A stretch of DNA of 64,000 nt, taken from Veleropilina oligotropha (lineage: Eukaryota). Below, piece by piece: positions 11,201-25,700 of this stretch; the first letter of the stretch is position 1, and each line of letters opens with the position of its first letter. The notes under the pieces were generated by a model that was not told the origin of the DNA, searched no databases, and worked only from the letters and a program-made list of their open reading frames with translations. The position numbers were made by a program, and so were the translations under genes. Location: the NCBI GenBank assembly GCA_048128005.1, contig JBEUKZ010000068.1:1-64000 (forward strand), in the 5' to 3' direction.

Positions 11201-13740
11201 CGCCATGAAGTCTCTTGATATTGTACATACGATTGCACCAACAACGCCATGAAGTCTCTTTAAATTGTACATACGAGTGCACCAACAACGCCATGAAGTC
11301 TCTTGATATTGTACATACGAGTGCACCAACAACGCCATGAAGTCTCTTGATATTGTACATACGAGTGCACCAACAACGCCATGAAGTCTCTTGATATTGT
11401 ACATACGAGTCACCAACAACGCCATGAATTATCTTGATATTGTACATACGAGTCACCAACAACGCCATGAAGTCTCTTGATATTGTACATAGGAGTCACC
11501 AACAACGCCACGAAGTCTCTTGTTATTGTACATACGAGTGCACCAACAACGCCACGAAGTCTCTTGATATTGTACATACGAGTCGCAAACAACGCCATGA
11601 AGTCTCTTGATATTGTGCATACGAGTCACCAACAACGCCATGAAGTCTCTTGATATTGTACATACGAGTCGCCAACAACGCCATGAATTCTCTTTATATT
11701 GTACATACGAGTGCACCAACAACGCCATGAAGTCTCTTGATATAGTACATACAAGTCACCAACAACGCCATGAAGTCTCTTTATATTGTAAATACGAGTC
11801 ACCAACAACGCCATGAATTCTCTTGATATTGTACATACGAGTCACCAACAACGCCATGAAGTCTCTTGATATTGTACATAGGAGTCACCAACAACGCCAC
11901 GAAGTCTCTTGATATTGTACAAACGAGTGCACCAACAACGCCATGAAGTCTCTTGATATTGTACATACGAGTCACCAACAACGCCATGAAGTCTCTTGAT
12001 ATTGTACATACGAGTCACCAACAACGCCATGAAGTCTCTTGATATTGTACATACGAGTCACCAACAACGCCATGAAGTCTCTTGATATTGTACATTCGAG
12101 TCACCAACAACGCCATGAATTCTCTTGATATTGAACAAACGAGTGCACCAACAACGCCATGAAGTCTCTGGATATTGTACATACGAGTCACCAACAACGC
12201 CATGAGGTCTCTTGATATTGTACATACGAGTCACCAAAAACGCCATGAAGTCTCTTGTTATTGTGCATACGAGTCACTAGCAACGCCCTGAAGTCTCTTG
12301 GTATTGTACATACGAGTCACCAACAACGCCACGAAGTCTCTTGATATTGTACATACGAGTCACCAACAACGCCATGAAGTCTCTGGATATTGTACATACG
12401 AGAGCACCAACAGCGCCATGAAGTCTCTTGATATTGTACATACGAGTCACCAACAACGCCATGAAGTCTCTTGATATTGTACATACGAGTCACCAACAAC
12501 GCCATGAAGTGTTTTCATAGTGTACATACGAGTCACCAACAACGCCATGAAGTCTCTGGATATTGTGCATACGAGTCACCAACAACGCCATGATGTCTCT
12601 GGATATTGTACATACGAGTCACCAACAACGCCATGAAGTCTCTTGATATTGTACATACGAATGCACCAACAACGCCATGAAGTCTCTTGATATTGTACAT
12701 ACGAGTCACCAACAACGCCATGACGTCTTTTGATTTTGTACATACGAGTCACCAACAACGCCATGAATTATCTTGATATTGTACATACGAGTCACCAACA
12801 ACGCCATGAAGTCTCTTGATATTGTACATAGGATTCACCAACAACGCCACGAAGTCTCTTGATATTGTTCAAACGAGTGCACCAACAACGCCATGAAGTC
12901 TCTTGATATTGTACATACGAGTGCACCAACAACGCCATGAAGTCTCTTGATATTGTACATACGAGTCACCAACAACGCCATGAAGTCTCTTGTTATTGTA
13001 CATACGAGTCACCAACAACGCCATGAAGTCTCTTGATATTGTACATACGAGTCACCAACAACGCCATGAAGTCTCTTGATATTGTACATACGAGTCACCA
13101 ACAACGCCATGAAGTCTCTTGATATTGTACATACGAGTCACCAACAACGCCATGAAGTCTCTTGATATTGTACATACGAGTGCACCAACAACGCCATGAA
13201 GTCTCTTGATATTGTACATACGAGTCACCAACAACGCCATGAAGTCTCTTAATATTGTACATACGAGTCACCAACAACGCCATGAAGTCTCTTGATATTG
13301 TACATACGAGTCACCAACAACGCCATGAAGTCTCTTGATATTGTACATACGAGTCACCAACAACGCCATGAAGTCTCTTGATATTGTACATACGAGTCAT
13401 CAACAACGCCATGAAGTCTCTTGATATTGTACATACGAGTCACCAACAACGCCATGAAGTCTATTGATATTGTACATACGAGTCACCAACAACGCCATGA
13501 ACTCTCTTGATATTGTACATACGAGTCACCAACAACGCCATGAAGTCTCTTAATATTGTACATACGAGTCACCAACAACGCCATGAAGTCTTTTGATATT
13601 GTACATACGAGTCACCAACAACGCCATGAAGTCTCTTGATATTGTACATACGAGTCACCAACAACGCCATGAAGTCTATTGATATTGTACATACGAGTCA
13701 CCAACAACGCCATGAACTCTCTTGATATTGTATATACGAG
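8296..13740. repeat. Satellite-only tandem duplication, period 2,809 bp
   Basis: ORF-track offsets 8296/11105, 9468/12277, 10243/13052; shared rare variants such as CACTAGCAACGCCCTG and TTCATAGTGTAC. Boundaries approximate. Confidence 0.9.
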
Positions 13741-16700
13741 TCACCAACAACGCCATGAAGTCTCTTAATATTGTACATACGAGTCACCAACAACGCCATG
13801 AAGTCTCTTGATATTGTACATACGAGTCACCAACAACGCCATGAACTCTCTTGATATTGTACATACGAGTCACCAACAACGCCATGAAGTCTCTTAATAT
13901 TGTACATACGAGTCACCAACAAAGCCATGAAGTCTCTTGATATTGTACATACGAGTCACCAACAACGCCATGAAGTCTCTTGGTATTGTGCATACCAGTC
14001 ACCAACAACACCATGAAGTCTCTTGATATTGTACATACGAGTCACCAACATGCCATGAAGTCTCTTGATATTGTACATACGAGTCACCAACAACGCCATG
14101 AAGTCTCTTGATATTGTACATACGAGTCACCAACATGCCATGAAGTCTCTTGGTATTGTACATACGAGTCACCAACAACGCCATGAAGTCTCTGGATATT
14201 GTACATACGAGTGCACCAACAACGCCATGAAGTCTCTTGATATTGTACATACGAGTCACCAACAACGCCATGAAGTCTCTTGATATTGTACATACGAGTC
14301 ACCAACATGCCATGAAGTCTCTTGATATTGTACGAACGAGTGCACCAACAACGCCATGAAGTCTCTTGATATTGTACATACGAGTCACCAACATGCCATG
14401 AAGTCTCTTGATATTGTACATACGAGTCACCAACAACGCCATGAAGTCTCTTGATATTGTACATACGAGTCACCAACAACGCCATGAAGTCTCTTGATAT
14501 TGTACATACGAGTCACCAACAACGTCATGAAGTCTCTTGATATTGTACATACGAGTCACCAACATCTCCATGAAGTCTCTTGATATTGTACATACGAGTC
14601 ACCAACAACGCCATGAAGTCTCTTGATATTGTACATACGAGTCACCAACAACGCCATGAAGTCTCTTGATATTGTACATACGAGTCACCAACAACGCCAC
14701 GAAGTCTCTTGATATTGTACATACCAGTGCACCAACAACGCCATGAAGTCTCTTGATATTGTACATACGAGTCACCAACAACGACATGAAGTCTCTTGAT
14801 ATTGTACATACGAGTCACCAACAACGCCATGAAGTCTCTTGATATTGTACATACGAGTCACCAACAACGCCACGAAGTCTCTTGGTATTGTACATACGAG
14901 TCACCAACAACGCCATGAAGTCTCGATATTGTACATACGAGTCACCAACATGCCATGAAGTCTCTTGATATTGTACATACGAGTCACCAACAAAGCCATG
15001 AAGTCTCTTGATATTGTACATACGAGTCACCAACATGCCATGAAGTCTCTTGATATTGTACATAGGAGTCACCAACAACGCCATGAAGTCTCTTGATATT
15101 GTACATACGAGTCACCAACAACGCCATGAAGTCTCTTGATATTGTACATACGAGTCACCAACAACGCCATGAAGTCTCTGGATATTGTGCATACGAGTGC
15201 ACCCACAACGCCATGAAGTCTCTTGATATTGTACATACGAGTCACCAACATGCCATGAAGTCTCTTGATATTGTACATACGAGTGCACCAACAACGCCAT
15301 GAAGTCTCTTGATATTGTACATACGAGTCACCAACATGCCATGAAGTCTCTTGATATTGTACATACGAGTCACCAACATGCCATGAAGTCTCTTGATATT
15401 GTACATACGAGTGCACCAACAACGCCATGAAGTCTCTTGATATTGTACATACGAGTCACCAACATGCCATGAAGTCTCTTGATATTGTACATACGAGTGC
15501 ACCAACAACGCCATGAAGTCTCTTGATATTGTACATACGAGTCACCAACAACGCCATGAAGTCTCTTGATATTGTACATACGAGTCACCAACAACGCCAT
15601 GAAGTCTCTTGATATTGTACATACGAGTCACCAACAACGCCATGAAGTCTCTTGATATTGTACATACGAGTCACCAACAACGTCATGAAGTCTCTTGATA
15701 TTGTACATACGAGTGCACCAACAACGCCATGAAGCCTCTTAATATTGTACATACGAGTCACCAACAACGCCATGAACTCTCTTGATATTGTACATATACG
15801 AGTGCACCAACAACGCCATGAAGTCTCTTGATATTGTACATACGAGTGCACCAACAACGCCATGAAGTCTCTTTATATTGTACATGCGAGTCACCAACAA
15901 CGTCATGAAGTCTCTTGATATTGTACATACGAGTCACCAACAACGCCGTGAAGTCTCTTAATATTGTACATACGAGTGCACCAACAACGCCATGAAGTCT
16001 CTTGATATTGTACATACGAGTCACCAACAACGCCATGAAGTCTCCTGATGTTGTACATACGAGTCACCAACAACGCCATGAAGTCTCTTGATATTGTACA
16101 TACGAGTCACCAACAACGCCATGAACTCTCTTGATATTGTACATATACGAGTGCACCAACAACGCCGTGAAGTCTCTTGATATTGTACATACGAGTGCAC
16201 CAACAACGCCATGAAGTCTCTTGATATTGTACATACGAGTGCACCAACAACGCCATGAAGTCTCTTGATATTGTACATACGAGTCACCAACAACGCCATG
16301 AAGTCTCTTGTTATTGTACCTACGAGCGCACCAACAACGCCTTTGGATAGATGGATTGGTCATGAAGTCTCTTGATATTGTACATACGAGTGCACCAACA
16401 ACGCCATGAAGTGTCTTGATATTGTACATACGAGTCACCAACAACGCCATGAAGTCTCTGGATATTGTACATACGAGTCACCAACAACGCCATGAAGGCT
16501 ATTGATATTGTACATATGAGTTCACCAACAACGCCTTGAAGTCTCTTGATATTGTACAAACGTGTCACCAACAACGCCATGAAGTCTCTTGATATTGTAC
16601 CTACGAGTCACCAACAACGCCATGAAGTCTCTTGCTATTGTACATACGAGTCACCAACAACGTCATGCAGTCTCTTGATATTGTGCATACGAGTCACCAA

Positions 16701-19700
16701 CAACGCCATGGAGTCTCTTGATATTGTACATACGAGTCACCAACAACGCCATGAAGTCTCTTGATATTGTACATACGAGTGCACCAACAACGCCATGAAG
16801 TCTCTTGATATTGTACATACGAGCGCACTAACAACGCCTTTGGATAGATGGATCGGTCATGAAGTCTCTTGATATTGTACATACGAGTCACCAACAACGA
16901 CATGAAGTCTCTTGATATTGTACATACGAGTCACCAACAACGACATGAAGTCTCTTGATATTGTACATACGAGTCACCAACAACGCCATGAAGTCTATTG
17001 ATATTGTACATACGAGTCACCAACAACGCCACGAAGTCTCTTGATATTGTACATACGAGTCACCAACAACGCCATGAAGTCTCTTGATATTGTACATACG
17101 AGTCACCAACAACGCCATGAAGTCTCTTGATATTGTAAATACGAGTCACCAACAACGCCATGAAGTCTCTGGATATTGTGCATACGAGTGCACCCACAAC
17201 GCCATGAAGTCTCTTGATATTGTACATACGAGTCACCAACATGCCATGAAGTCTCTTGATATTGTACATACGAGTGCACCAACAACGCCATGAAGTCTCT
17301 TGATATTGTACATACGAGTCACCAACATGCCATGAAGTCTCTTGATATTGTACATACGAGTCACCAACATGCCATGAAGTCTCTTGATATTGTACATACG
17401 AGTGCACCAACAACGCCATGAAGTCTCTTGATATTGTACATACGAGTCACCAACATGCCATGAAGTCTCTTGATATTGTACATACGAGTGCACCAACAAC
17501 GCCATGAAGTCTCTTGATATTGTACATACGAGTCACCAACAACGCCATGAAGTCTCTTGATATTGTACATACGAGTCACCAACAACGCCATGAAGTCTCT
17601 TGATATTGTACATACGAGTCACCAACAACGCCATGAAGTCTCTTGATATTGTACATACGAGTCACCAACAACGTCATGAAGTCTCTTGATATTGTACATA
17701 CGAGTGCACCAACAACGCCATGAAGCCTCTTAATATTGTACATACGAGTCACCAACAACGCCATGAACTCTCTTGATATTGTACATATACGAGTGCACCA
17801 ACAACGCCATGAAGTCTCTTGATATTGTACATACGAGTGCACCAACAACGCCATGAAGTCTCTTTATATTGTACATGCGAGTCACCAACAACGTCATGAA
17901 GTCTCTTGATATTGTACATACGAGTCACCAACAACGCCGTGAAGTATCTTAATATTGTACATACGAGTGCACCAACAACGCCATGAAGTCTCTTGATATT
18001 GTACATACGAGTCACCAACAACGCCATGAAGTCTCCTGATGTTGTACATACGAGTCACCAACAACGCCATGAAGTCTCTTGATATTGTACATACGAGTCA
18101 CCAACAACGCCATGAACTCTCTTGATATTGTACATATACGAGTGCACCAACAACGCCGTGAAGTCTCTTGATATTGTACATACGAGTGCACCAACAACGC
18201 CATGAAGTCTCTTGATATTGTACATACGAGTGCACCAACAACGCCATGAAGTCTCTTGATATTGTACATACGAGTCACCAACAACGCCATGAAGTCTCTT
18301 GTTATTGTACCTACGAGCGCACCAACAACGCCTTTGGATAGATGGATTGGTCATGAAGTCTCTTGATATTGTACATACGAGTGCACCAACAACGCCATGA
18401 AGTGTCTTGATATTGTACATACGAGTCACCAACAACGCCATGAAGTCTCTGGATATTGTACATACGAGTCACCAACAACGCCATGAAGGCTATTGATATT
18501 GTACATATGAGTTCACCAACAACGCCTTGAAGTCTCTTGATATTGTACAAACGTGTCACCAACAACGCCATGAAGTCTCTTGATATTGTACCTACGAGTC
18601 ACCAACAACGCCATGAAGTCTCTTGCTATTGTACATACGAGTCACCAACAACGTCATGAAGTCTCTTGATATTGTGCATACGAGTCACCAACAACGCCAT
18701 GGAGTCTCTTGATATTGTACATACGAGTCACCAACAACGCCATGAAGTCTCTTGATATTGTACATACGAGTGCACCAACAACGCCATGAAGTCTCTTGAT
18801 ATTGTACATACGAGCGCACTAACAACGCCTTTGGATAGATGGATCGGTCATGAAGTCTCTTGATATTGTACATACGAGTCACCAACAACGCCATGAAGTC
18901 TCTTGATATTGTACATACGAGTCACCAACAACGACATGAAGTCTCTTGATATTGTACATACGAGTCACCAACAACGCCATGAAGTCTATTGATATTGTAC
19001 ATACGAGTCACCAACAACGCAACGAAGTCTCTTGATATTGTACATACGAGTCACCAACAACGCCATGAAGTCTCTTGATATTGTACATACGAGTCACCAA
19101 CAACGCCATGAAGTCTCTTGATATTGTAAATACGAGTCACCAACAACGCCATGAAGTCTCTGGATATTGTACATACGAGTCACCAACAACGCCACGAAGT
19201 CTCTTGATATTGTACATACGAGTGCACCAACAACGCCATGAAGTCTATTGATATTGTACATACGAGTCACCAACAACGCCACGAAGTCTCTTGATATTGT
19301 ACATACGAGTCACCAACAACGCCATGAAGTCTATTGATATTGTACATACGAGTCACCAACAACGCCATGAAGTCTATTGATATTGTACATACGAGTCACC
19401 AACAACGCCATGAACTCTCTTGATATTGTATATACGAGTCACCAACAACGCCATGAAGTCTCTTAATATTGTACATACGAGTCACCAACAACGCCATGAA
19501 GTCTCTTGATATTGTACATACGAGTCACCAACAACGCCATGAACTCTCTTGATATTGTACATACGAGTCACCAACAACGCCATGAAGTCTCTTAATATTG
19601 TACATACGAGTCACCAACAAAGCCATGAAGTCTCTTGATATTGTACATACGAGTCACCAACAACGCCATGAAGTCTCTTGGTATTGTGCATACCAGTCAC

Positions 19701-22700
19701 CAACAACACCATGAAGTCTCTTGATATTGTACATACGAGTCACCAACATGCCATGAAGTCTCTTGATATTGTACATACGAGTCACCAACAACGCCATGAA
19801 GTCTCTTGATATTGTACATACGAGTCACCAACATGCCATGAAGTCTCTTGATATTGTACATACGAGTCACCAACAACGCCATGAAGTCTCTGGATATTGT
19901 ACATACGAGTGCACCAACAACGCCATGAAGTCTCTTGATATTGTACATACGAGTCACCAACAACGCCATGAAGTCTCTTGATATTGTACATACGAGTCAC
20001 CAACATGCCATGAAGTCTCTTGATATTGTACGAGCGAGTGCACCAACAACGCCATGAAGTCTCTTGATATTGTACATACGAGTCACCAACATGCCATGAA
20101 GTCTCTTGATATTGTACATACGAGTCACCAACAACGCCATGAAGTCTCTTGATATTGTACATACGAGTCACCAACAACGCCATGAAGTCTCTTGATATTG
20201 TACATACGAGTCACCAACAACGTCATGAAGTCTCTTGATATTGTACATACGAGTCACCAACATCTCCATGAAGTCTCTTGATATTGTACATACGAGTCAC
20301 CAACAACGCCATGAAGTCTCTTGATATTGTACATACGAGTCACCAACAACGCCATGAAGTCTCTTGATATTGTACATACGAGTCACCAACAACGCCACGA
20401 AGTCTCTTGATATTGTACATACCAGTGCACCAACAACGCCATGAAGTCTCTTGATATTGTACATACGAGTCACCAACAACGACATGAAGTCTCTTGATAT
20501 TGTACATACGAGTCACCAACAACGCCATGAAGTCTCTTGATATTGTACATACGAGTCACCAACAACGCCACAAAGTCTCTTGGTATTGTACATACGAGTC
20601 ACCAACAACGCCATGAAGTCTCGATATTGTACATACGAGTCACCAACATGCCATGAAGTCTCTTGATATTGTACATACGAGTCACCAACAAAGCCATGAA
20701 GTCTCTTGATATTGTACATACGAGTCACCAACATGCCATGAAGTCTCTTGATATTGTACATAGGAGTCACCAACAACGCCATGAAGTCTCTTGATATTGT
20801 ACATACGAGTCACCAACAACGCCATGAAGTCTCTTGATATTGTACATACGAGTCACCAACAACGCCATGAAGTCTCTGGATATTGTGCATACGAGTGCAC
20901 CCACAACGCCATGAAGTCTCTTGATATTGTACATACGAGTCACCAACATGCCATGAAGTCTCTTGATATTGTACATACGAGTGCACCAACAACGCCATGA
21001 AGTCTCTTGATATTGTACATACGAGTCACCAACATGCCATGAAGTCTCTTGATATTGTACATACGAGTCACCAACATGCCATGAAGTCTCTTGATATTGT
21101 ACATACGAGTGCACCAACAACGCCATGATTTCTCTTGATATTGTACATACGAGTCACCAACATGCCATGAAGTCTCTTGATATTGTACATACGAGTGCAC
21201 CAACAACGCCATGAAGTCTCTTGATATTGTACATACGAGTCACCAACAACGCCATGAAGTCTCTTGATATTGTACATACGAGTCACCAACAACGCCATGA
21301 AGTCTCTTGATATTGTACATACGAGTCACCAACAACGCCATGAAGTCTCTTGATATTGTACATACGAGTCACCAACAACGTCATGAAGTCTCTTGATATT
21401 GTACATACGAGTGCACCAACAACGCCATGAAGCCTCTTAATATTGTACATACGAGTCACCAACAACGCCATGAACTCTCTTGATATTGTACATATACGAG
21501 TGCACCAACAACGCCATGAAGTCTCTTGATATTGTACATACGAGTGCACCAACAACGCCATGAAGTCTCTTTATATTGTACATGCGAGTCACCAACAACG
21601 TCATGAAGTCTCTTGATATTGTACATACGAGTCACCAACAACGCCGTGAAGTCTCTTAATATTGTACATACGAGTGCACCAACAACGCCATGAAGTCTCT
21701 TGATATTGTACATACGAGTCACCAACAACGCCATGAAGTCTCCTGATGTTGTACATACGAGTCACCAACAACGCCATGAAGTCTCTTGATATTGTACATA
21801 CGAGTCACCAACAACGCCATGAACTCTCTTGATATTGTACATATACGAGTGCACCAACAACGCCGTGAAGTCTCTTGATATTGTACATACGAGTGCACCA
21901 ACAACGCCATGAAGTCTCTTGATATTGTACATACGAGTGCACCAACAACGCCATGAAGTCTCTTGATATTGTACATACGAGTCACCAACAACGCCATGAA
22001 GTCTCTTGTTATTGTACCTACGAGCGCACCAACAACGCCTTTGGATAGATGGATTGGTCATGAAGTCTCTTGATATTGTACATACGAGTGCACCAACAAC
22101 GCCATGAAGTGTCTTGATATTGTACATACGAGTCACCAACAACGCCATGAAGTCTCTGGATATTGTACATACGAGTCACCAACAACGCCATGAAGGCTAT
22201 TGATATTGTACATATGAGTTCACCAACAACGCCTTGAAGTCTCTTGATATTGTACAAACGTGTCACCAACAACGCCATGAAGTCTCTTGATATTGTACCT
22301 ACGAGTCACCAACAACGCCATGAAGTCTCTTGCTATTGTACATACGAGTCACCAACAACGTCATGAAGTCTCTTGATATTGTGCATACGAGTCACCAACA
22401 ACGCCATGGAGTCTCTTGATATTGTACATACGAGTCACCAACAACGCCATGAAGTCTCTTGATATTGTACATACGAGTGCACCAACAACGCCATGAAGTC
22501 TCTTGATATTGTACATACGAGCGCACTAACAACGCCTTTGGATAGATGGATCGGTCATGAAGTCTCTTGATATTGTACATACGAGTCACCAACAACGCCA
22601 TGAAGTCTCTTGATATTGTACATACGAGTCACCAACAACGACATGAAGTCTCTTGATATTGTACATACGAGTCACCAACAACGCCATGAAGTCTATTGAT

Positions 22701-25700
22701 ATTGTACATACGAGTCACCAACAACGCCACGAAGTCTCTTGATATTGTACATACGAGTCACCAACAACGCCATGAAGTCTCTTGATATTGTACATACGAG
22801 TCACCAACAACGCCATGAAGTCTCTTGATATTGTAAATACGAGTCACCAACAACGCCATGAAGTCTCTGGATATTGTACATACGAGTCACCAACAACGCC
22901 ACGAAGTCTCTTGATATTGTACATACGAGTGCACCAACAACGCCATGAAGTCTATTGATATTGTACATACGAGTCACCAACAACGCCACGAAGTCTCTTG
23001 ATATTGTACATACGAGTCACCAACAACGCCATGAAGTCTCTTGATATTGTACATACGAGTCAACAACATGCCATGAAGTCTCTTGATATTGTACATACGA
23101 GTCACCAACAAAGCCATGAAGTCTCTTGATATTGTACATACGAGTCACCAACATGCCATGAAGTCTCTTGATATTGTACATAGGAGTCACCAACAACGCC
23201 ATGAAGTCTCTTGATATTGTACATACGAGTCACCAACAACGCCATGAAGTCTCTTGATATTGTACATACGAGTCACCAACAACGCCATGAAGTCTCTGGA
23301 TATTGTGCATACGAGTGCACCAACAACGCCATGAAGTCTCTTGATATTGTACATACGAGTCACCAACATGCCATGAAGTCTCTTGATATTGTACATACGA
23401 GTGCACCAACAACGCCATGAAGTCTCTTGATATTGTACATACGAGTCACCAACATGCCATGAAGTCTCTTGATATTGTACATACGAGTCACCAACATGCC
23501 ATGAAGTCTCTTGATATTGTACATACGCGTGCACCAACAACGCCATGAAGTCTCTTGATATTGTACATACGAGTCACCAACATGCCATGAAGTCTCTTGA
23601 TATTGTACATACGAGTGCACCAACAACGCCATGAAGTCTCTTGATATTGTACATACGAGTCACCAACAACGCCATGAAGTCTCTTGATATTGTACATACG
23701 AGTCACCAACAACGCCATGAAGTCTCTTGATATTGTACATACGAGTCACCAACAACGCCATGAAGTCTCTTGATATTGTACATACGAGTCACCAACAACG
23801 TCATGAAGTCTCTTGATATTGTACATACGAGTGCACCAACAACGCCATGAAGCCTCTTAATATTGTACATACGAGTCACCAACAACGCCATGAACTCTCT
23901 TGATATTGTACATATACGAGTGCACCAACAACGCCATGAAGTCTCTTGATATTGTACATACGAGTGCACCAACAACGCCATGAAGTCTCTTTATATTGTA
24001 CATGCGAGTCACCAACAACGTCATGAAGTCTCTTGATATTGTACATACGAGTCACCAACAACGCCGTGAAGTCTCTTAATATTGTACATACGAGTGCACC
24101 AACAACGCCATGAAGTCTCTTGATATTGTACATACGAGTCACCAACAACGCCATGAAGTCTCCTGATGTTGTACATACGAGTCACCAACAACGCCATGAA
24201 GTCTCTTGATATTGTACATACGAGTCACCAACAACACCATGAACTCTCTTGATATTGTACATATACGAGTGCACCAACAACGCCGTGAAGTCTCTTGATA
24301 TTGTACATACGAGTGCACCAACAACGCCATGAAGTCTCTTGATATTGTACATACGAGTGCACCAACAACGCCATGAAGTCTCTTGATATTGTACATACGA
24401 GTCACCAACAACGCCATGAAGTCTCTTGTTGTTGTACCTACGAGCGCACCAACAACGCCTTTGGATAGATGGATTGGTCATGAAGTCTCTTGATATTGTA
24501 CATACGAGTGCACCAACAACGCCATGAAGTGTCTTGATATTGTACATACGAGTCACCAACAACGCCATGAAGTCTCTGGATATTGTACATACGAGTCACC
24601 AACAACGCCATGAAGGCTATTGATATTGTACATATGAGTTCACCAACAACGCCTTGAAGTCTCTTGATATTGTACAAACGTGTCACCAACAACGTCATGA
24701 AGTCTCTTGATATTGTGCATACGAGTCACCAACAACGCCATGGAGTCTCTTGATATTGTACATACGAGTCACCAACAACGCCATGAAGTCTCTTGATATT
24801 GTACATACGAGTGCACCAACAACGCCATGAAGTCTCTTGATATTGTACATACGAGCGCACTAACAACGCCTTTGGATAGATGGATCGGTCATGAAGTCTC
24901 TTGATATTGTACATACGAGTCACCAACAACGCCATGAAGTCTCTTGATATTGTACATACGAGTCACCAACAACGACATGAAGTCTCTTGATATTGTACAT
25001 ACGAGTCACCAACAACGCCATGAAGTCTATTGATATTGTACATACGAGTCACCAACAACGCAACGAAGTCTCTTGATATTGTACATACGAGTCACCAACA
25101 ACGCCATGAAGTCTCTTGATATTGTACATACGAGTCACCAACAACGCCATGAAGTCTCTTGATATTGTAAATACGAGTCACCAACAACGCCATGAAGTCT
25201 CTGGATATTGTACATACGAGTCACCAACAACGCCACGAAGTCTCTTGATATTGTACATACGAGTGCACCAACAACGCCATGAAGTCTATTGATATTGTAC
25301 ATACGAGTCACCAACAACGCCACGAAGTCTCTTGATATTGTACATACGAGTCACCAACAACGCCATGAAGTCTATTGATATTGTACATACGAGTCACCAA
25401 CAACGCCATGAAGTCTATTGATATTGTACATACGAGTCACCAACAACGCCATGAACTCTCTTGATATTGTATATACGAGTCACCAACAACGCCATGAAGT
25501 CTCTTAATATTGTACATACGAGTCACCAACAACGCCATGAAGTCTCTTGATATTGTACATACGAGTCACCAACAACGCCATGAACTCTCTTGATATTGTA
25601 CATACGAGTCACCAACAACGCCATGAAGTCTCTTAATATTGTACATACGAGTCACCAACAAAGCCATGAAGTCTCTTGATATTGTACATACGAGTCACCA

